From: Phoronis australis
Lineage: Eukaryota; Animalia; Phoronida
NCBI GenBank assembly: GCA_002633005.1
Contig: NMRA01000897.1
Location: forward strand, 34,198 to 98,197
Length of the DNA: 64,000 bases
Direction: 5' to 3'
The stretch's first letter is position 1. The number at the start of each line of letters is the position of its first letter. This document shows, piece after piece, positions 1-12,850 of this stretch. Below the pieces are notes generated by a model, which did no database searches, had not been told where the DNA came from, and worked only from the letters and a program-made list of their open reading frames with translations. Position numbers and translations under genes: made by a program.

Positions 1-1478
1 AATAAAATGGCTGCCGAAGGCAGTGCACATTTGAAATAACTCGGCACAAATTAAAGAAAACTTCCGAATCGATGAATGCGGTATATCTGTGAGAGTTAAA
101 TCGAATCCTATTCAGATCATAACTTTGAAGTGGAATAATTCGGTGAGTACAACAGCAAGTCGGTTTTATGCTTAGGCGGACGAACATTGGGCTCCCCAGT
201 ATACCTTGTATATGCGGGATTACCCAGTCGCCAGCCGACTAGAGCGACGTCTTTCGTGAAAATACGATTGCACATAATATGACTGACAGGTGTCGCTCAT
301 TTCACGATGATCCCTGAAGAAGTAAGGTTGCTTCTTCAGGAATGTCTCTTTATTTTCAAAGTTTGGTTCGTTTTCTGCTGTCTTCTTTTCAGTGGTAAGT
401 CTCTTTGTGTTGACTGTGTTAATCCCTGTTGTAACTACTAGGGCCTATGTCTCAGTTTTGACAAATGACTTTACGACGGCGTTACGCAAGGCTTTTCGTT
501 ATTTCGTGTCTGTGTTCTGCGCGTTATGTTCTGTTTGCTTTCCACTTTATTGTCGTCTACTTTATTGTAAGCCAACGCTAGCGCATTGTCTTCTTCACAT
601 ATAGCCTGATGCACCTATTTTGACAAAGAACTTACGTTATTTTGTAATATCTTGCCTCTGATTAGTGTAGTCTGGATATCCTTGGAGGTCCTTGCCCTTG
701 GGAGATTTCCATGAATTTGGCAAATAGTTTTGTATTTAGTCCCGTTTAGACATCAACTTTTGACCCGGCACAACTGACACGGAGCAAATTGACCCGTGTC
801 AAGCGGCCGTTTACACACACTACTCACTAACTGTGGCAAGACAGAAATTGCAGGCTGGAGAGACTGAATCGCACGTACATGCGCAAGTTTACAAAACAGT
901 TGCAGAGACAAAGAACCCGTACGTAGGTCATTAGGCAAGCGCAGTAGAGATGATCCTTTCTACCTTGTCCCAGTTTCGCGTTTAGACATATAATTGACAT
1001 GGAGCAAGATGTTTGGGCGTAAACAAACGGGTGGCAAAATTTGCCACCGTGGTGTCAGTTTGCTCCGTGTCAGTCCCGTTTACACACTAGAACAACTCGC
1101 TCCTTGTCACTGTCAGCTGATTGATGACGTCTTCCCAATTTCAGACAGCCTCGGTGTATTCTACACTATCTAATATCCATTTGTATGATACTAATAACAC
1201 TCCTAGATGCACAACATTCATGGTGCATGCAGTTTTGGACGCTTTTCAGTGTTCCACGTTGCCGTTGTTCTTATCTGTCCCCTGTGGCCTTTTTATTTAA
1301 TGCACTATATGATAGCAAGAACACATTACCTGGTAATATGATACACTGATGATTCCGATATTAAACTTCCCTAGAAGAACACCGTGTGCTGTGCAGTCAT
1401 GGGTGTACATTTCATTGCTTTGTGTTGCTCTTGTATATTTTGAAGACGTAGGTGTATACATGTCACTGCTTTTTTTAG

Positions 1479-4400
1479 TTTATGCTGAGGTTGTCATACA
1501 TCCAAAAAGTCCAGTTAGAGCAGTGGAAGGCCAGACTCTAATACTCCTGTGTCAAGCCATGTATGACCAACCTCCATTTCAAATAGAGTGGAAGATTGAT
1601 GAAAATCTTCAGTCATCTGGTCGCTGTTCAACTAAAGCAATTGACGAGTTCAACAAGACACTTATCATACACTCTGTCCGAGATGAAGATGCTGGTGTGT
1701 TCACATGTATGGTTATAACCCGGGACTACAAACACAAGTCAAAATCAGTGCAGATGAGTGTGACAAGATGTAAGTGTGCTCACCGTTCTTTTTTCCATTT
1801 AGCAACAATTGTCATGCCATCAGTTGTATGGTTGTTTTCAAGTCATAGGAAGCTGTCATCTTTGTATGAAGTCGGAAAAAGGTCCATCTGCTTCAATTGC
1901 ATGCTGGGTAACCTATGGGATTTGACACTTGACATTCATGTTCTACTTGTCCTAGCTGTGAAAGATCCCATAGCTGGTCAAGCTTCAAGCCCCCAGAAAT
2001 GAAGATCCTTCATGACTGAAATCCTACCTGCACTGTTTTAAAGTTTTGACAGAATAACTTCACGAAATATTTTAATATTGATAGATTTTTCAATTACGGT
2101 AAGTGTAGAATTTTTCATGTTTCACTCACTGCATCATGATTGGAAATGATTGCACAAAAGACACAGAAAAAAGTGATTACTGAGTAGGTTTGAGAGCTAT
2201 CGATCACAAAAATGAGTGTTCATAAACAGGTTTCATTGTACTTTATAATATTGCATTCATATTGCCAGAAATACAATTTGGAAACCTATCTTTTTTGCAA
2301 AAAATAATGTGCAGGTTGATTTTTATACACATCATGAGGTTGTTTGAAAGTATGGATCTAATTTCTGGTGAATAGATCCGATAATAAGTTTTAGGAAGTT
2401 CTTGATTTTTCAGTTATTTTTCAGGTGTGTTGATGGAAGGCTTATGTTTGAGTTGTACATTTCAGCTGATAATGGAGGTTGTGGGTTTCGATGTGATACT
2501 GGCCACTGTATATTTGAACGTTACCGCTGTGACCGTCAGCGCAACTGTCCTGATGGCAGTGATGAAATTGGTTGTGATGGTAACCTTCAGCGCATTTGTC
2601 CTGATAGCAGCGATGAAATTGATTGTCATGGTAAGTTGGAGAACAAACAAAGTCAGTTTTGGCAACTTGACGTCAATACTTCTATCAATAAACATTTTTA
2701 AAGAGCCCAGCAACCATCAAAAGTTTGGAAGTTCTTCAATAATGCACAAAACAATTACTAAAATGTAGTTGCTGATTACAAGAAGCTCAAAATTTTATGT
2801 CTTTTTGTAATAGCTGTAACACTGTTCTCCACAACTTGTTTTAAAGTGTCGCTGCGTCCTGTTTGGCAGCATTTGCGACAGATTTGAGTTGCTTGTGAAC
2901 TAGATTGGAGAAAAGGTATTGCCATCATTAGCAATGTCTATAACACTTTAAGGTTTAGAATTAGAAGCACCTGGCCAAAACTGAATAGATGTCGTCTGAG
3001 TAAAGAAGGTCAGTAAATGTGCATTACACAAAACCTTAGCTGCCGCTCACTTGTGGCATTTTTGTTGGTGTTAGCGCACCTCTGACACATTTGGGTTTTC
3101 AGTTGTTGAGAACTCTGTGTATAGTGCAACTAGTGTTGCAAAGATTGGATGATTTATTGCTTACATTGTCACCAAAGAAAAACACCAAACCGAAATTGAT
3201 TCCAATACAGTGAAATTTAATGCGCATTAGAAAATTTAAATTACGTACGCACCCATATCTTCGTCTGGTGTTGTATTCTTAAAAACAAGGCAGCCAAATT
3301 ATCCTCGGCAGGATTTATTTTCTTTTGATTCATCACTTAGCAAATCCTGGCATTTCAAAAGTTGCTTATGTGCCTTTGTGCAGCTTTTCAAAAAAAAAAA
3401 ACACTGGATCTTGGCTGAAAGTTATGTGTGCGGTCTTTCTGTGTTGTCAGTGAACACAGGTTTGAATATGAGTTGAGGTGCCAGAACCAACTGTGTTTTT
3501 TTAGCCTTATTGTTTGCATGATGTTTGGTACCCTAGCCTAGTACTCATTTTGACCTTGGTCAGATGAAATTTGCCCCCAGATAGTGGGAGTTGTTTGATA
3601 ATGTATTAGACAAGTATTTGTAGGTAGGATACAACTGCACATCATGATGCTTTGATGTACAGTTGTTCTTTCATTTCAGATCAACTGTTTAGTAGTAGAT
3701 TTTTGTTTAGCAATGGCAAGTTTATTAACCTGAAAATGATCTGTGATCCCTTCCACGTCAACTGCTGTGGCGATGGTTCTGATGAGAAATATTGTTCACG
3801 CAGTAACTCAAGACATAGTATCAATTTTAATTGCCAAATATTTAAAATGCATTGATGATGTTGAAGTCTATACCTTCTGATAATGTATAATCTAATTAAG
3901 TATGCTTGAAATACTCTGGTATTTATCGAGTGGTGTTTAGCTTTGCTAGCAATGTGACAGGCTGTGACACCGAAGGTCATGAGTCCGAATTCATCTTGAG
4001 GCTGGATCCCAAAACAATTTTTCTTGCCGAATGTCATTTTAACACAAAAGGCGATACAAATCTTTTAGCAATTAGCTTTAAATTGTTTTTTAAACTCTTT
4101 TTTGCTTTAGGCCAAAATAATCTAGATTATTCTGTCATAAACTTGAAGTAATGAAACTTAAAAAAATAAGATTCAGAAGTTAGTTGTATGGAACTTTCTT
4201 AAACAGTCACTTACAGGGATGCTGTATTTTGAGACCCTGTTTTCGTCACTGAATAATGGACATCAAAGTTGCCAACTTTCTTGTAAACATTTATTATCTA
4301 AATTGAAAACAAATATTTCAGTTTTAGTCCTTTGAGCTGCTATGTTCCTATCATTTGTGTCAAAATATTGTCAACTTTTTGGTCTTGACTTGTTCCTTAT

Positions 4401-6091
4401 TCAGATTGCAACAGTGGGCTTGGGGAGGACAGGTTGTTGTTCGACATATCACGTTCGGCATATCATGTTTGGCATATCACGTTATGGCATATCACGTTCG
4501 GCATATCACATTCGGAGCATGATGCTTTCAGCACATCAAATCATCCACCCATTAAGCCTTTTTTAAACAATAACTAACATCAGTTCATCCCAACCCTTGT
4601 TGAACACTTGGAGACAGGTTGTGGACGGGTTTAAATCATCAGAAAATATTTTTAACAGAAGCCGGGTACGTTGCAGCTTTAGGTAAAAAATGAAGGAAAT
4701 CTTTGAAGTATTTCAATGTTGAGATTGTGAAATAGTATTGACTGAGTGCTGTGACTGTTGACATTGAGATTGTGAAATAGTATTGACTGAGTGCTGTGAC
4801 TGCTTACATTGAAATTGTGAAATATTATGAGTGAGTGCTGTTAATGTTTACATAGAGATTGTGAAATAGTATTGACTGAGTGCTGTGAGTGCTTACATTG
4901 AAATTGTGAAATATTATGACTGAGTGCTGTGACTGTTTACATAGAGATTGTGAAATAGTATTGATGAGTGCTGTGACTGTTTACATAGAAATTGTGAAAT
5001 AGCATTGACTGAGTGCTGTGACTGTTTACATAGAGATTGTGAATTAGCATTGACTGAGTGCTGTTACTTTTTGACATTATTGGAATACTGTGCCACACTT
5101 CTGATGATGTTCAGTCGTTGTGTCAAGGAAAGTTGTGTAAAGTCAATGACGAAAAGGCAAAAAGGCTTTACTTTAATATGGTACAATTCTGTATTAAATG
5201 ATATTGTTGCCAACAAGATCAAGTGTCTGTTTCCAGCTTATCCTTAACACTCCTGGAAATTTCTTTTTAGCACCGTTGACAACATCGTCACAAGTCCCTG
5301 AGCCCTACCCACGTCACACAGTGGACACGAGCTATGTGGTCATGGCAGGCATCTTTGCTGTTATTCTGATATTCCTTGTCCTTGCTGTAGCTGCCTGTAG
5401 AGTCCATCTGCGACGTGCTGCACAGCGCCCACTAGTGGCACACCGCCACCGACAGGAGTCAGTTGGTAATGATGTTCGCAGCAGAGAGCACCAGCCATTC
5501 ACCAGTGAGCGGCAGGTGTTCAATGGCCGGGTGCGTAATGTTTTGGCACGCAGTCAGGAGTACAGAATGCCAATGTCGTCTTCCGAGTACCAACGTACTC
5601 ATCCTATTGCCGTGCCAGTAGCCATACTACCCAATACTGTGCTGGAGCTGAATTCAGAGTTACAATTCATGCCGAATGCCACGGATGTGATGCTTATAAC
5701 ATCACCTCCGCCCTACTCTGAAGTGAAAGAAGAAGAAGAAGAAGCTCCACCCCCTTATTGCTCGGTCGAACATCTGGAGCAATTGTCACCCATTGCACAG
5801 TGTGCGGGAGATAGCGTGAGTGGGGAACAAGCCTCAGAACATCTGGACAGTGCACGAACTTCTCTGCTAGACCAATGTTTAAGAGTTCATGAGGAACGTG
5901 CTCATGAACATGACCTTAGATTGGACAGACATGGCGAAGTACAGAGACTTGCTGAAAGAACAAGCTTTGAGTTGGGAGATTCATCTGTAGAAATGGACCG
6001 ACTTTTGAACAATGGTCCCATGAGACCGACGGAAATGGTGAATTGTGATGAAAGACTTCAACCTGACGGTGCCAGCGGTGATGAAAGGTGA
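1479..6091 (+). CDS. Multi-exon single-pass membrane protein: Ig-like domain + LDL-receptor class A module(s) + TM + cytoplasmic PPxY motifs (LDLRAD/PMEPA1-like tail); signal-peptide exon not identified
   Basis: All introns phase 1 with AG/GT ends. Exon 1479-1769: Ig I-set (EGQTLILLC...IEW...DEDAGVFTC). Exon 2466-2579 or 2466-2630: LDL-A ([32 protein letters not shown]). Exon 3680-3802: degenerate LDL-A. Exon 5271-6091: TM ([21 protein letters not shown]) followed by basic RVHLRR, then SPPPYSE and PPPYCS, stop TGA at 6089-6091. Confidence 0.85.
4440..4516. repeat. Short tandem repeat, ~14-bp unit (CATATCACGTTCGG)
   Basis: About five diverged copies read directly in the intron. Confidence 0.75.
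4720..5066. repeat. Minisatellite, ~45-bp unit (GAGATTGTGAAATAGTATTGACTGAGTGCTGTGACTGTTTACATA)
   Basis: Seven to eight tandem copies visible. Confidence 0.9.
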
Positions 6092-6406
6092 GAAGACTCA
6101 AAGCTCTGTACCAGATGTCCAATCACGTGCCAGCTGTTGAGGATTATTAATCTCTGCTGAGTCAATTCCTTCCCAAAATCCCATGGTGCTATCAAGAGGT
6201 ACGGACTTACGTGAATGAGTAATTCGCCGATTAGTCTTTCAATGGATCGCACATTTCCCTCTGGAAAGATTTCATGTGGATTTTACAAGTCATCTTAAGC
6301 ATACTTCTTTGCTTCTAAATGTTTCACTGCCTTTTGTTGTGGGTTATCTCCACCTGTCCTTCACTGAAGCCATCTGCATTTCAGCCCATTGCGGCTGTGT
6401 CAGTTT

Positions 6407-6762
6407 GAGATCATTATTGAGATCATTATTATTGAGATCATTCTTATTGAGATCATTATTATTGAGGTCATTGTTATTGAGATCATTGTTATTGAGATCA
6501 TTACTATTGAGATCATTTTTATTGAGATCATTATTATTGAGATCATTGTTATTGAGATCATTGTTATTGAGATCATTGTTATTGAGATCATTCTTATTGA
6601 GATCATTATTATGGAGATCATTATTATTGCGATCATTATTATTGCGATCATTATTATTGAGATCACTGTTATTGAGATCACTATTATTGAGATCACTATT
6701 GTTGAGATCATTATTATTGAGATCATTATTATTGAGATCATTATCATTGAGATCATTATTAT
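6407..6762. repeat. 15-bp minisatellite (GAGATCATTATTATT), probably in the 3' UTR
   Basis: More than 20 tandem copies; they produce the low-complexity ORFs of the ORF track. Confidence 0.95.
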
Positions 6763-8041
6763 TTGCCAAGTCTGAAACAGAGATGTAATAGTGATTTAGT
6801 ATTATGTGAGATTTCAATGAATTGTTGACCATCAAGTACTCATTGAAATGTGATGATCCTTCTGTTTTCATCCATTAAAATGTGCTTGCATACACATGAT
6901 ATGCACTTGCATACACATAGTATGCATCTCAAAAGGTGTTGGTTTGCAATCATTGCCTGGATACTATAAATAAGAATTATAACATATCCATTTTTCAGCT
7001 GCCCTGACAAAAGTTCATCACCCAAATGCTTGTCGTTGTGCAAAGAATTTGCAATGAATGTTGTAATGTTGGTCGTCAGTCAGCATGTAATGTTGGTTGT
7101 TGGTCAGCATGTAATGTTGGTTGTCGGTCAGCATGTAATATACTGAACATATCTGGTGTCCCCATGAATTAGTCCCCAGGAAGTACCCCTTCTGGTTTTC
7201 ATAAGTGTCTTTGTCAGAGAGGACATTTGTTTAGGGGATTAATCCTCTAACTCTGTTTATTTTGGATGCTTGTTCCTAATAACGTTTTGCATTGCATTGG
7301 TTCTGTCATGATGGTTTACAGTGTACCAATTCAGTTACTTTCCTAGGGCACAAAGGACCCCATTAGGATCACATTGTCAGCTTTGTCAATTTTGAAGCAG
7401 CTAAAAGTGTATTGTCCTCTTTACCAGCAGAATTAAGTTGAGTCGAGTTCTGATGGCACCCTGTTATAAATGAACTGCATAGTTTTGAAAGCTGACTATC
7501 ATTTTTATGAGTTATCGCGTTAATATTAGAGCAAACTTGGTGCTACATAGTACCCTGTTGGCATCTTGTGGTGATGGAACCTTACCTCGGACCATACGTC
7601 TGTTTCTTGAAAAGTGACTAAAAACTTAAGTCAGAAATTTGGTCTTCACAATAATTACTAATTAAAGATTTACCCTTGTAATAATCAGGACATCACAGCC
7701 TGGAAATGAATGCACAAAGTATCTCTGAACAGGTCTGGGTGTTGTAATGTATTGGTTTTTGTTATAAACAATAGGTGGCGCAGGAGTGAGAATAATTGCC
7801 ACCAGAAAACGTGACTTTGCATCATCTGCATTATAGGTATATGGCCAAAAACTTTATACTTTTGTTAAAGTGAGATTTTAAAGGCGTGTGGAGCGTAGTA
7901 CCAAATTTCTAACTTAAGTTTTACGTCACTTTTCATGAAACAAGCCCCATAAGCCTTACCTCTGAGCAGAACCTTTACCACTCATCAAAAAACCTGCCAT
8001 AAGCTGCAAGTACCCTTACCACACACAGTTTTGTTGCAATT

Positions 8042-8219
8042 GACCTATCTCCATATCGCCAGGATTTTGAGTGACAGCTTAACTGACCAATCAGAACGCA
8101 ACATTCTTGACACACCTTCATTTCCAAGCCGTCATTTTACCTGACAAATAACACGTTGCCTGTAAAACTTATTGTTTGTTAGTCGACATTACGCAAGGGG
8201 GCGGAGCTTGCGATAGGTC
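8042..8219. mobile_element. MITE with GACCTATC termini flanked by AATT
   Basis: aatt|GACCTATC at 8038-8049 and GATAGGTC|aatt at 8212-8223. Its right end is the reverse complement of the element end starting at 13594. Confidence 0.6.
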
Positions 8220-8968
8220 AATTACCCCGTGATGCATGGTAAGGTCTGGGTGTGGTTGTAGTTTAAATTCCGTTGTGCAAGTTCTTTGTGCGTGGAGTTC
8301 TTGCAGTGCATGGTGTTTTTTGGGAATAGTAAGGACTCTACTGCTTTTAACGTCATGTATTCTGTTGCCATGGTAATAGTTCGACAAACAATTCTGGGTG
8401 CAAATGACTTGAATATAAAATATTTTGGATTGGTAGTGTGAATTATGAGTATGTGATGAGTATATTAATTTTGGCATTTTTATGGTGTAAATTTTGTACA
8501 AATTGATGGGACGCTTAGACCAAATTACTTCTGATAATATTTAGCAATGCTTTCTTTGACTGGACCATTTATTTTGATTGCAATAATAATCTTGTAAAGA
8601 TGTGGATTTTGTAAATGTTGTTCATAAAAAACAGAGTTTGAGATAAATGAAGGTGGATGAAAGTTATTCACATCTACCAAGTTGAAGTATGATATTGGGG
8701 CCATTTGCAGTGTAAAAATATTGAGCTTGTGAAAATACAGTTTTGATTTTTGAATGAGCCTGTGCACAAGTTATAGTTCTGATCATGTTGATCAGTCCTT
8801 AAGACACAAGTTTTTGAGTTAGAGGAGGTGTTAAGTGTTTGAAAGAAGTCCAATTGTTATGTAGTTAGTTGTTGAATGTTGACTTATTAATTTAATAATT
8901 ATACTTTTTAGTGTTTCCTGCAGATCTTGTGGCCAATCTAATTTTGACATTGTTAAAGATTTATTTGT

Positions 8969-8974
8969 AATAAA
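8969..8974 (+). promoter_or_regulatory. Possible polyadenylation signal of the receptor gene
   Basis: AATAAA after a long T-rich, 3'UTR-like stretch; no transcript support. Confidence 0.3.
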
Positions 8975-9015
8975 AGTAGAAAAAGATGAGGCATTAAGAA
9001 TTTGGTAAGGAAGTA

Positions 9016-9097
9016 CCATGCGTGAGAAGTATTATGCGTGAGAAGTACCATGCGTAAGAAGTATCATGCGTAAGAAGTATCATGCGTGAGAAGTATC
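9016..9097. repeat. 16-bp tandem repeat (ATGCGTGAGAAGTATC)
   Basis: Five copies visible. Confidence 0.8.
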
Positions 9098-9475
9098 AAT
9101 GATATTCTCATGAATACTTAGGTTATATAGGACCCTAATATGTCCAAATATGGCTAACTTCAGAAAGTTACATATATCCCGGAAATGGCCATCAGATTCA
9201 CATGAAATTTTCACATAATATGCTCTATGCAGTTCTTCAAAGCGTTGTTATCAATTGTTTATAAAATGTACCAGTTTTGCATTGCGGGCTGTCAGAAATA
9301 GGACGTAAAATTGTATAAAACCACAACTAAGTCGTATTTTACGTAACTTTAACCCTTTTGAGATTTCATCTTTAAATTTGACCATGTTGTTTTGCTATGA
9401 CTGCGTCTTTTTTACTTAATTGATCTGAAAAGATACGACACAATTAATATTGACAGACAGAAACGACATATATTT

Positions 9476-9599
9476 CAGTGGCAGATCTACGTTTTCTGTA
9501 AGGGGGGAGGTTTAGGACTCGAGCGAATCCGAGGCGCGTATAGCGCCGAGCGGAAGGAAGGTCGGGAGGAGGTTTGAACCCCCTGTAGATCCGCCTCTG
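9476..9599. mobile_element. Small MITE with 14-bp TIR
   Basis: CAGTGGCAGATCTA ... TAGATCCGCCTCTG; TSD not clear. Confidence 0.6.
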
Positions 9600-9886
9600 T
9601 GTTTACTGGAGTTAATTCCAGATTTTTATAGGATACCTGTCCATAAGCTCTTATATAATGGTAAGTATATGTGGTGTATGTGGTAATACCAGCTACCAAA
9701 ATATGATCAATAAATGAAGAAAACTTGAGCCAATGTCAAATACTAACAAACAACTTTGTCAGCCATCAACTTCAACACGCCTTTTGGCGATTACCGTATC
9801 AATTACACAAAACTCTGATCTGAAGATATCGAGTCCGACTCTTAAGGAGTTATTGATCGAGTTATACTTAAAGAGTCCAAATGTCT

Positions 9887-10047
9887 CAGTGTATAAGCTC
9901 TTATATAATGGTAAGTGTATAAACTCATATAATGGTAAGTGTATAAGCTCTTGTATAATGGTAAGTGTATAAGCTCTTGTATAATGGTCAGTGTATAAGC
10001 TCTTGTATAATGGTCAGTGTATAAGCTCTTGTATAATGGTAAGTATA
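9887..10047. repeat. ~26-bp tandem repeat (GTATAAGCTCTTGTATAATGGTAAGT)
   Basis: About six copies, plus an isolated copy near 9643. Confidence 0.9.
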
Positions 10048-10451
10048 ATTTTATTTCCAAGTATCTGGGGATCTTTGTAAGCATTTTTAGTCCGATTTGA
10101 AAACAAGTTGATTTTTTAAGTACAGTCTAGCTGGCAATTTGTGAGACTTCACATTTCTATGGTCAACAACCAACAAGTTTTGTACATTTATTGGGGCCCA
10201 AGTTTCAGCGGCTTGCAAAATACAAAACTAAAATGAAGTGAGTGATGTGAATAACTTGTAATATTTGCCCAAATGTTGAATCTACAATTATATAAAGCTT
10301 TCTATTAGTGTAAACTAAATACACCTAGTAAGGAATTACGGATATTTTTTAAATATAGAACTCTGAAAGATCCCATGTCGGGTATTTTTGACAACTATAA
10401 CCATACACATGTAAATATGCAAAATGTGGTTAACACATGTTGTAATGATCA

Positions 10452-10539
10452 GATATAACGTGCCCGAATTTTGAGAACCAGTTTTCTCAACTGAATAACT
10501 GGCATCAAACTGGTTCTCAAAATACGGGCACCTTATATC
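10452..10539. repeat. Short inverted repeat / hairpin MITE remnant
   Basis: GATATAACGTGCCCGAATTTTGAGAACCAGTTT pairs with AAACTGGTTCTCAAAATACGGGCACCTTATATC. Confidence 0.6.
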
Positions 10540-11691
10540 AGACTATTGCTACACATGTAACACGCGTACAAAAGTAAGTTGAAAACTATCAACAAGAACC
10601 ACAAGCAACAAGTCAAACCTCACCGAGACGGGACACAATATGGCAGAGGTGAAATTTTACTTTCTTATTTATCCATAAAAGATGTACCAACACATTAGTA
10701 CTTCTCCATGCTCAAGTTCTGCACTACACCGAGCACCAGGCAATATTGTCAAGAATTGTGGCAATTTTGACAATTCTTTTTGTCCGAAATTGGTGAGATT
10801 TTATCGTACTGATTGGTACACGAGCCAATACATTTACAGTACATGGCAAAAACAATTTCACAAAATGATCGGAATTCCTCAGCAGTAACGTCTGAACGCA
10901 AGTGGAATTTCCGTCATGACGATCGAGTGCGAGCTGAATTCACTGTCAAATTAGCTGGAAAATGATAATGGGTAGGCACTTGTCCCACTTGAGTTTTCTC
11001 TTATTAATTTCGACCTGTATTGTATCAGCGTAAAGACCACTACAGTCAGCACAACACAATGATACATTCAACACAAAAACTAAGTTCATGGAACTTGCGT
11101 TTACATAATTCTCCGAAAGAACAAAAACTGAAAAAACTTGAGATAAATTCACTGGAGAAAACGTTACACTTACACCCACCCACATTCTGTAATTCAGCCG
11201 TGCATATTGGAAGCAAACAATTTCCGTAAACATACAGTTGTTATTGCTTCTAAGTGGTCAAAGTGCCTTGACTTCTAACTCCATTTGAATGATTAGAAGC
11301 GGATAGGACTGTTTAGGGCAAACTTGTACAACTTGCAATACACAGTGAAACTACATATTCATACAGTAGGCCCTACAGATGATCACCACTATTTCTGTTC
11401 AATGGGTGACGCCCAGAGGTCAAGGGAACAGCCAAGGTACGTGTGCGATATACTTTGCTAGGAGGCTGCTGGCCGTCCTGACATTTGGGTATCACCTCCT
11501 TGTTGCTCGTTCGATGAAATGTCCACAAACTGTACCTCTATTCCATCAAACAAGAAGGTATGTTTCATTCATAAATCTATCTGACGTAAAATGCATTAAA
11601 ATCTTGGCAAAATTCTTTGAAAAGTCTCAGATAACGGAGAATTAGCATGAACTAAAAGCAGCCATTTTCAACGTGACGCAGAGAAGTGTCA

Positions 11692-11850
11692 GAAACCACA
11701 TGTCTCCAGAGGCTACTGGCTCTGAGGCCCAATGTTTTACTCAAAACCACATGTCTCCAGAGGCTACTGGCTCTGAGGCCCAATGTTTTACTCAAAACCA
11801 CATGTCTCCAGAGGCTACTGGCTCTGAGGCCCAATGTTTTACTCAAAACC
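11692..11850. repeat. 51-bp tandem repeat, three near-identical copies
   Basis: AAAACCACATGTCTCCAGAGGCTACTGGCTCTGAGGCCCAATGTTTTACTC x3. Confidence 0.95.
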
Positions 11851-12077
11851 GAACTTAAATAATTTTTGACATTTTCCATGTTTCTACTTTTATGCGAACC
11901 TGATAAGGGTCTATTTTTCTATGCTCAAGTACATAATGGTTTTGTATAACTGTTCAATACTAGTTTACACATGATGATCCCAGTACTAAAGCTATAACAT
12001 AGATTCTAAACTCGAAATCTCGGGTTTTTAGTTGAAATCTTGAGTTTTCACTCATATCAGTAGCACGAATCTAGAAG

Positions 12078-12275
12078 GAGGCAGTGTGGCCTAGTGTGAT
12101 AGGTGCTGTTTTCTTTACTCGAGGTCGTGGGTTCTTGTGGTCACACTGTTAAACTCTTGAGTCAGGTTTCTAGCTCCTGAGTTCGGTTTTAACTGTGGTT
12201 CCAGGTGATCAGTGCAATGGGCTCACATGCGCGGCCTGCGCATGTCTGGTACAACGTGTATAAGACCGCCTGCAA
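12078..12275 (+). mobile_element. tRNA-derived SINE-like copy
   Basis: GGAGGCAGTGTGGCCTAGTG (A-box-like) and GGTCGTGGGTTC (B-box-like); related to 12745-12850 and 34636-34760. Confidence 0.5.
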
Positions 12276-12744
12276 TTTTTAAAATTTCTACTTTTTAGCA
12301 CAAATCTAGGGGTCATCAAATACAAACTTGGACTAGGCCTTTGTCTATATAAACCATCCCATACACAACTACACAAAGTAGACATTTATCTTGCGTTCGT
12401 ACCAAAGTAGAACAACAAATGTCATAAATTCGACTGCGAGTACAAAGATTAGACCTCGAACCCCAGAATGACAGTAAGTGCTTCTGGCAATCTTCAGCAT
12501 TTTAACCAATAAACTTGTGTTCATAAACCTGTTTTAGAGTCACGTGCTATATATTCACGCACTACACTGCTCTGCGTATAAACTGCATGCTCACACATGC
12601 TCACCAAAAAAAAAGATTTATTAACAACAAATTAACATTTAATAAATACATTGAAAGCCCGTCTTATCAATTAAAATTTACATGGCCAAAATCTGTTTTC
12701 TAATTTTTTAAATAAATATGCATAGAGGTGGTTGTTCGGGAGAG

Positions 12745-12850
12745 GAGGCCGTGTGGCCTTGTGGGTTGAGTGTCCGCCTCCTTTCTCAAATCCCACTGGA
12801 CCCAACTGCTAGACTCTTGAGTCACGTCTCTAGTTCCTCAACTCGCTCTC
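12745..12850 (+). mobile_element. tRNA-derived SINE-like copy (degenerate)
   Basis: GGAGGCCGTGTGGCCTTGTGGG head; body shares ACTCTTGAGTCA..TCTAG with the 12078 copy. Confidence 0.45.

Noticed and set aside
1-330. Possible promoter/first exon of the receptor gene (AAAATGGCTGCC YY1-like motif, GTGAGT donor near 143)
   Set aside because: The ATG at 7 closes after 10 codons and no signal-peptide exon in the right phase could be identified.
6276-6871. ORFs with LLRSL, NNDL, IIIE and ISIIM repeats
   Set aside because: Translation artefacts of the 15-bp minisatellite; they appear in several frames on both strands.
11652-11879. ORFs with 17-aa repeats
   Set aside because: Products of the 51-bp tandem repeat; no splice or homology support.
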